Assembly: GCA_964057225.1 (NCBI GenBank)
Contig: CAXKVF010000078.1
Span: 62,001-126,000, forward strand
DNA length: 64,000 nt
DNA from: Auanema rhodensis
Taxonomy: Eukaryota; Animalia; Nematoda
Direction: 5' to 3'
Under the pieces are notes generated by a model. It ran no database searches. It saw only the letters and a list, made by a program, of their open reading frames with translations, and had not been told where the DNA came from. Positions 57,301 to 64,000 of the stretch are shown here, piece by piece. A program made the translations under genes and the position numbers. Within the stretch, counting starts at the first letter, position 1; each line of letters starts with the position of its first letter.

Positions 57301-60300
57301 CTTCAAAGTCATGGTTACCATGAAGCAATATCAATAAAAATTTGTTTTTAGACTAATATGGACATGGGGAATCTAATTTTGAAAACCGCATCTCTTTATC
57401 TTTCACGTGAAGCGAGTTACATACCAAGTGCACATCACGTGTACATTTAATTAGCATAAATTAAAGTTCACGTAAACTTCAAAGTCATGGTTACCATGAA
57501 GCAATATCAATAAAATTTGTTTTTAGACTAATATGGACATGGGGAATCTAATTTGAAAACCGCATCTCTTTATCTTTCACGTGAAGCGAGTTACATACCA
57601 AGTGCACATCACGTGTACATTTAATTAGCATAAATTAAAGTTCACGTAAATTTCAAAGTCATGGTTACCACGAACCAATATCAATAAAAATTTGTTTTTA
57701 GACTAATATGGACATGGGGAATCTAATTTTGAAAACCGCATCTCTTTATCTTTCACGTGAAGCGAGTTACATACCAAGTGCACATCACGTGTACATTTAA
57801 TTAGCATAAATTAAAGTTCACGTAAATTTCAAAGTCATGGTTACCATGAACCAATATCAATAAAAATTTGTTTTTAGACTAATATGGACATGGGGAATCT
57901 AATTTTGAAAACCGCATCTCTTTATCTTTCACGTGAAGCGAGTTACATACCAAGTGCACATCACGTGTACATTTAATTAGCATAAATTAAAGTTCACGTA
58001 AATTTCAAAGTCATGGTTACCATGCACCAATATCAATAAAAATTTGTTTTTAGACTAATATGGACATGGGGAATCTAATTTTGAAAACCGCATCTCTTTA
58101 TCTTTCACGTGAAGCGAGTTACATACCAAGTGCACATCACGTGTACATTTAATTAGCATAAATTAAAGTTCACGTAAATTTCAAAGTCATGGTTACCATG
58201 AACTAATATCAATAAAAATTTGTTTTTAGACTAATATGGACATGGGGAATCTAATTTTGAAAACCGCATCTCTTTATCTTTCACGTGAAGCGAGTTACAT
58301 ACCAAGTGCACATCACGTGTACATTTAATTAGCATAAATTAAAGTTCACGTAAATTTCAAAGTCATGGTTACCATGAACCAATATCAATAAAAATTTGTT
58401 TTTAGACTAATATGGACATGGGGAATCTAATTTTGAAAACCGCATCTCTTTATCTTTCACGTGAAGCGAGTTACATACCAAGTGCACATCACGTGTACAT
58501 TTAATTAGCATAAATTAAAGTTCACGTAAATTTCAAAGTCATGGTTACCATGAACCAATATCAATAAAAAATTGTTTTTAGACTAATATGGACATGGGGA
58601 ATCTAATTTTGAAAACCGCATCTCTTTATCTTTCACGTGAAGCGAGTTACATACCAAGTGCACATCACGTGTACATTTAATTAGCATAAATTAAAGTTCA
58701 CGTAAATTTCAAAGTCATGGTTACCATGAACCAATATCAATAAAAATTTGTTTTTAGACTAATATGGACATGGGGAATCTAATTTTGAAAACCGCATCTC
58801 TTTATCTTTCACGTGAAGCGAGTTACATACCAAGTGCACATCACGTGTACATTTAATTAGCATAAATTAAAGTTCACGTAAATTTCAAAGTCATGGTTAC
58901 CATGAACCAATATCAATAAAAATTTGTTTTTAGACTAATATGGACATGGGGAATCTAATTTTGAAAACCGCATCTCTTTATCTTTCACGTGAAGCGAGTT
59001 ACATACCAAGTGCACATCACGTGTACATTTAATTAGCATAAATTAAAGTTCACGTAAACTTCAAAGTCATGGTTACCATGAAGCAATATCAATAAAAATT
59101 TGTTTTTAGACTAATATGGACATGGGGAATCTAATTTTGAAAACCGCATCTCTTTATCTTTCACGTGAAGCGAGTTACATACCAAGTGCACATCACGTGT
59201 ACATTTAATTAGCATAAATTAAAGTTCACGTAAATTTCAAAGTCATGGTTACCATGAACCAATATCAATAAAAATTTGTTTTTAGACTAATATGGACATG
59301 GGGAATCTAATTTTGAAAACCGCATCTCTTTATCTTTCACGTGAAGCGAGTTACATACCAAGTGCACATCACGTGTACATTTAATTAGCATAAATTAAAG
59401 TTCACGTAAATTTCAAAGTCATGGTTACCACGAACCAATATCAATAAAAATTTGTTTTTAGACTAATATGGACATGGGGAATCTAATTTTGAAAACCGCA
59501 TCTCTTTATCTTTCACGTGAAGCGAGTTACATACCAAGTGCACATCACGTGTACATTTAATTAGCATAAATTAAAGTTCACGTAAATTTCAAAGTCATGG
59601 TTACCATGAACCAATATCAATAAAAATTTGTTTTTAGACTAATATGGACATGGGGAATCTAATTTTGAAAACCGCATCTCTTTATCTTTCACGTGAAGCG
59701 AGTTACATACCAAGTGCACATCACGTGTACATTTAATTAGCATAAATTAAAGTTCACGTAAATTTCAAAGTCATGGTTACCATGAACCAATATCAATAAA
59801 AATTTGTTTTTAGACTAATATGGACATGGGGAATCTAATTTTGAAAACCGCATCTCTTTATCTTTCACGTGAAGCGAGTTACATACCAAGTGCACATCAC
59901 GTGTACATTTAATTAGCATAAATTAAAGTTCACGTAAATTTCAAAGTCATGGTTACCATGAACCAATATCAATAAAAATTTGTTTTTAGACTAATATGGA
60001 CATGGGGAATCTAATTTTGAAAACCGCATTTCTTTATCTTTCACGTGAAGCGAGTTACATACCAAGTGCACATCACGTGTACATTTAATTAGCATAAATT
60101 AAAGTTCACGTAAATTTCAAAGTCATGGTTACCATGCACCAATATCAATAAAAATTTGTTTTTAGACTAATATGGACATGGGGAATCTAATTTTGAAAAC
60201 CGCATCTCTTTATCTTTCACGTGAAGCGAGTTACATACCAAGTGCACATCACGTGTACATTTAATTAGCATAAATTAAAGTTCACGTAAATTTCAAAGTC

Positions 60301-63300
60301 ATGGTTACCATGAACCAATATCAATAAAAATTTGTTTTTAGACTAATATGGACATGGGGAATCTAATTTTGAAAACCGCATCTCTTTATCTTTCACGTGA
60401 AGCGAGTTACATACCAAGTGCACATCACGTGTACATTTAATTAGCATAAATTAAAGTTCACGTAAATTTCAAAGTCATGGTTACCACGAACCAATATCAA
60501 TAAAAATTTGTTTTTAGACTAATATGGACATGGGGAATCTAATTTTGAAAACCGCATCTCTTTATCTTTCACGTGAAGCGAGTTACATACCAAGTGCACA
60601 TCACGTGTACATTTAATTAGCATAAATTAAAGTTCACGTAAATTTCAAAGTCATGGTTACCATGAACCAATATCAATAAAAATTTGTTTTTAGACTAATA
60701 TGGACATGGGGAATCTAATTTTGAAAACCGCATCTCTTTATCTTTCACGTGAAGCGAGTTACATACCAAGTGCACATCACGTGTACATTTAATTAGCATA
60801 AATTAAAGTTCACGTAAATTTCAAAGTCATGGTTACCATGAACCAATATCAATAAAAATTTGTTTTTAGACTAATATGGACATGGGGAATCTAATTTTGA
60901 AAACCGCATCTCTTTATCTTTCACGTGAAGCGAGTTACATACCAAGTGCACATCACGTGTACATTTAATTAGCATAAATTAAAGTTCACGTAAATTTCAA
61001 AGTCATGGTTACCATGCACCAATATCAATAAAAATTTGTTTTTAGACTAATATGGACATGGGGAATCTAATTTTGAAAACCGCATCTCTTTATCTTTCAC
61101 GTGAAGCGAGTTACATACCAAGTGCACATCACGTGTACATTTAATTAGCATAAATTAAAGTTCACGTAAATTTCAAAGTCATGGTTACCATGAACCAATA
61201 TCAATAAAAATTTGTTTTTAGACTAATATGGACATGGGGAATCTAATTTTGAAAACCGCATCTCTTTATCTTTCACGTGAAGCGAGTTACATACCAAGTG
61301 CACATCACGTGTACATTTAATTAGCATAAATTAAAGTTCACGTAAATTTCAAAGTCATGGTTACCATGAAGCAATATCAATAAAAATTGGTTTTTAGACT
61401 AATATGGACATGGGGAATCTAATTTTGAAAACCGCATCTCTTTATCTTTCACGTGAAGCGAGTTACATACCAAGTGCACATCACGTGTACATTTAATTAG
61501 CATAAATTAAAGTTCACGTAAATTTCAAAGTCATGGTTACCATGAACCAATATCAATAAAAATTTGTTTTTAGACTAATATGGACATGGGGAATCTAATT
61601 TTGAAAACCGCATCTCTTTATCTTTCACGTGAAGCGAGTTACATACCAAGTGCACATCACGTGTACATTTAATTAGCATAAATTAAAGTTCACGTAAATT
61701 TCAAAGTCATGGTTACCATGCACCAATATCAATAAAAATTTGTTTTTAGACTAATATGGACATGGGGAATCTAATTTTGAAAACCGCATCTCTTTATCTT
61801 TCACGTGAAGCGAGTTACATACCAAGTGCACATCACGTGTACATTTAATTAGCATAAATTAAAGTTCACGTAAATTTCAAAGTCATGGTTACCATGAACC
61901 AATATCAATAAAAATTTGTTTTTAGACTAATATGGACATGGGGAATCTAATTTTGAAAACCGCATCTCTTTATCTTTCACGTGAAGCGAGTTACATACCA
62001 AGTGCACATCACGTGTACATTTAATTAGCATAAATTAAAGTTCACGTAAATTTCAAAGTCATGGTTACCATGCACCAATATCAATAAAAATTTGTTTTTA
62101 GACTAATATGGACATGGGGAATCTAATTTTGAAAACCGCATCTCTTTATCTTTCACGTGAAGCGAGTTACATACCAAGTGCACATCACGTGTACATTTAA
62201 TTAGCATAAATTAAAGTTCACGTAAATTTCAAAGTCATGGTTACCATGAACCAATATCAATAAAAATTTGTTTTTAGACTAATATGGACATGGGGAATCT
62301 AATTTTGAAAACCGCATCTCTTTATCTTTCACGTGAAGCGAGTTACATACCAAGTGCACATCACGTGTACATTTAATTAGCATAAATTAAAGTTCACGTA
62401 AATTTCAAAGTCATGGTTACCATGAACCAATATCAATAAAAATTCGTTTTTAGACTAATATGGACATGGGGAATCTAATTTTGAAAACCGCATTTCTTTA
62501 TCTTTCACGTGAAGCGAGTTACATACCAAGTGCACATCACGTGTACATTTAATTAGCATAAATTAAAGTTCACGTAAATTTCAAAGTCATGGTTACCATG
62601 AACCAATATCAATAAAAATTTGTTTTTAGACTAATATGGACATGGGGAATCTAATTTTGAAAACCGCATCTCTTTATCTTTCACGTGAAGCGAGTTACAT
62701 ACCAAGTGCACATCACGTGTACATTTAATTAGCATAAATTAAAGTTCACGTAAAATTCAAAGTCATGGTTACCATGCACCAATATCAATAAAAATTTGTT
62801 TTTAGACTAATATGGACATGGGGAATCTAATTTTGAAAACCGCATCTCTTTATCTTTCACGTGAAGCGAGTTACATACCAAGTGCACATCACGTGTACAT
62901 TTAATTAGCATAAATTAAAGTTCACGTAAATTTCAAAGTCATGGTTACCATGAACCAATATCAATAAAAATTTGTTTTTAGACTAATATGGACATGGGGA
63001 ATCTAATTTTGAAAACCGCATCTCTTTATCTTTCACGTGAAGCGAGTTACATACCAAGTGCACATCACGTGTACATTTAATTAGCATAAATTAAAGTTCA
63101 CGTAAATTTCAAAGTCATGGTTACCATGAAGCAATATCAATAAAAATTTGTTTTTAGACTAATATGGACATGGGGAATCTAATTTTGAAAACCGCATCTC
63201 TTTATCTTTCACGTGAAGCGAGTTACATACCAAGTGCACATCACGTGTACATTTAATTAGCATAAATTAAAGTTCACGTAAATTTCAAAGTCATGGTTAC

Positions 63301-63537
63301 CATGAACCAATATCAATAAAAATTTGTTTTTAGACTAATATGGACATGGGGAATCTAATTTTGAAAACCGCATCTCTTTATCTTTCACGTGAAGCGAGTT
63401 ACATACCAAGTGCACATCACGTGTACATTTAATTAGCATAAATTAAAGTTCACGTAAATTTCAAAGTCATGGTTACCATGAACCAATATCAATAAAAATT
63501 CGTTTTTAGACTAATATGGACATGGGGAATCTAATTT

Positions 63538-63889
63538 TGAAAACCGCATTTCTTTATCTTTCACGTGAAGCGAGTTACATACCAAGTGCACATCACGTGT
63601 ACATTTAATTAGCATAAATTAAAGTTCACGTAAATTTCAAAGTCATGGTTACCATGCACCAATAACAATAAAAATTTGTTTTTAGACTGATATGGACATG
63701 GGGAATCTAATTTTGAAAACCGCATCTCTTTATCTTTCACGTGAAGCGAGTTACATACCAAGTGCACATCACGTGTACATTTAATTAGCATAAATTAAAG
63801 TTCACGTAAATTTCAAAGTCATGGTTACCATGCACCAATAACAATAAAAATTTGTTTTTAGACTGATATGGACATGGGGAATCTAATTT
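63538..63889. repeat. Two adjacent monomers of a new subtype (C120+A128+G152)
   Basis: AATAACAAT at 63665 and 63841 and GACTGATAT at 63689 and 63865. Neither variant was seen earlier in the window. Confidence 0.88.
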
Positions 63890-64000
63890 TGAAAACCGCA
63901 TCTCTTTATCTTTCACGTGAAGCGAGTTACATACCAAGTGCACATCACGTGTACATTTAATTAGCATAAATTAAAGTTCACGTAAATTTCAAAGTCATGG

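Larger units (their letters stand above)
1..64000. repeat. Tandem satellite DNA array, 176-bp monomer, ~363.6 copies, single orientation, putatively centromeric/pericentromeric
   Basis: TGAAAACCGC recurs at 1, 177, 353 ... 63538, 63714, 63890. Net register drift across the window is only +1 nt. Monomers mostly carry 0-3 differences from consensus, and no non-repeat sequence interrupts the array. The centromeric role is inferred from the nucleosome-sized unit, AT-richness and homogeneity. Confidence 0.99.

Noticed and set aside
63609-63967. Two identical 60-aa minus-strand ORFs as real CDSs
   Set aside because: They are translations of the satellite itself. They exist only because one SNP removes a stop codon present in the other ~361 monomers. 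I recognise no domain, and 176 is not a multiple of 3, so no continuous repeat protein is possible.
1-64000. CRISPR array or other repeat-spacer system
   Set aside because: There are no unique spacers. The entire 176-bp unit is repeated, and no cas or other genes are present.
1-64000. Fungal RIP-like CpA>TpA signature
   Set aside because: Several variants are in CpA/TpG context (41, 52, 101, 123, 129, 2, 30), but at least as many are not. CpA/TpG is abundant in the monomer, and overall divergence is far too low for RIP.

Overview
The whole 64,000-bp window is one uninterrupted head-to-tail tandem satellite array in a single orientation. The monomer is 176 bp and about 32% GC (56/176), with 363 complete copies plus a 111-bp partial copy. 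Consensus, phased to position 1: TGAAAACCGCATCTCTTTATCTTTCACGTGAAGCGAGTTACATACCAAGTGCACATCACGTGTACATTTAATTAGCATAAATTAAAGTTCACGTAAATTTCAAAGTCATGGTTACCATGAACCAATATCAATAAAAATTTGTTTTTAGACTAATATGGACATGGGGAATCTAATTT. Monomers typically differ from consensus at only 0-3 positions. I found no gene, RNA gene, transposon, CRISPR spacer or inversion. The two 60-aa ORFs arise from a single stop-removing SNP in the last two complete monomers. The most likely identity is a eukaryotic centromeric or pericentromeric satellite (inference), and I could not assign it to a named family. The informative structure is in the SNP barcodes: regional variant domains, nested higher-order repeats (2-, 3-, 7-, 10-, 12/14-, 24- and 34/36-monomer periods), a dyad-rich monomer with three phased CACGT motifs, near-invariant CpGs, and a new monomer subtype beginning at the right edge. 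I do not see support for a novel protein-coding system. Variant positions were read by eye and are written as base plus monomer position (e.g. G122).
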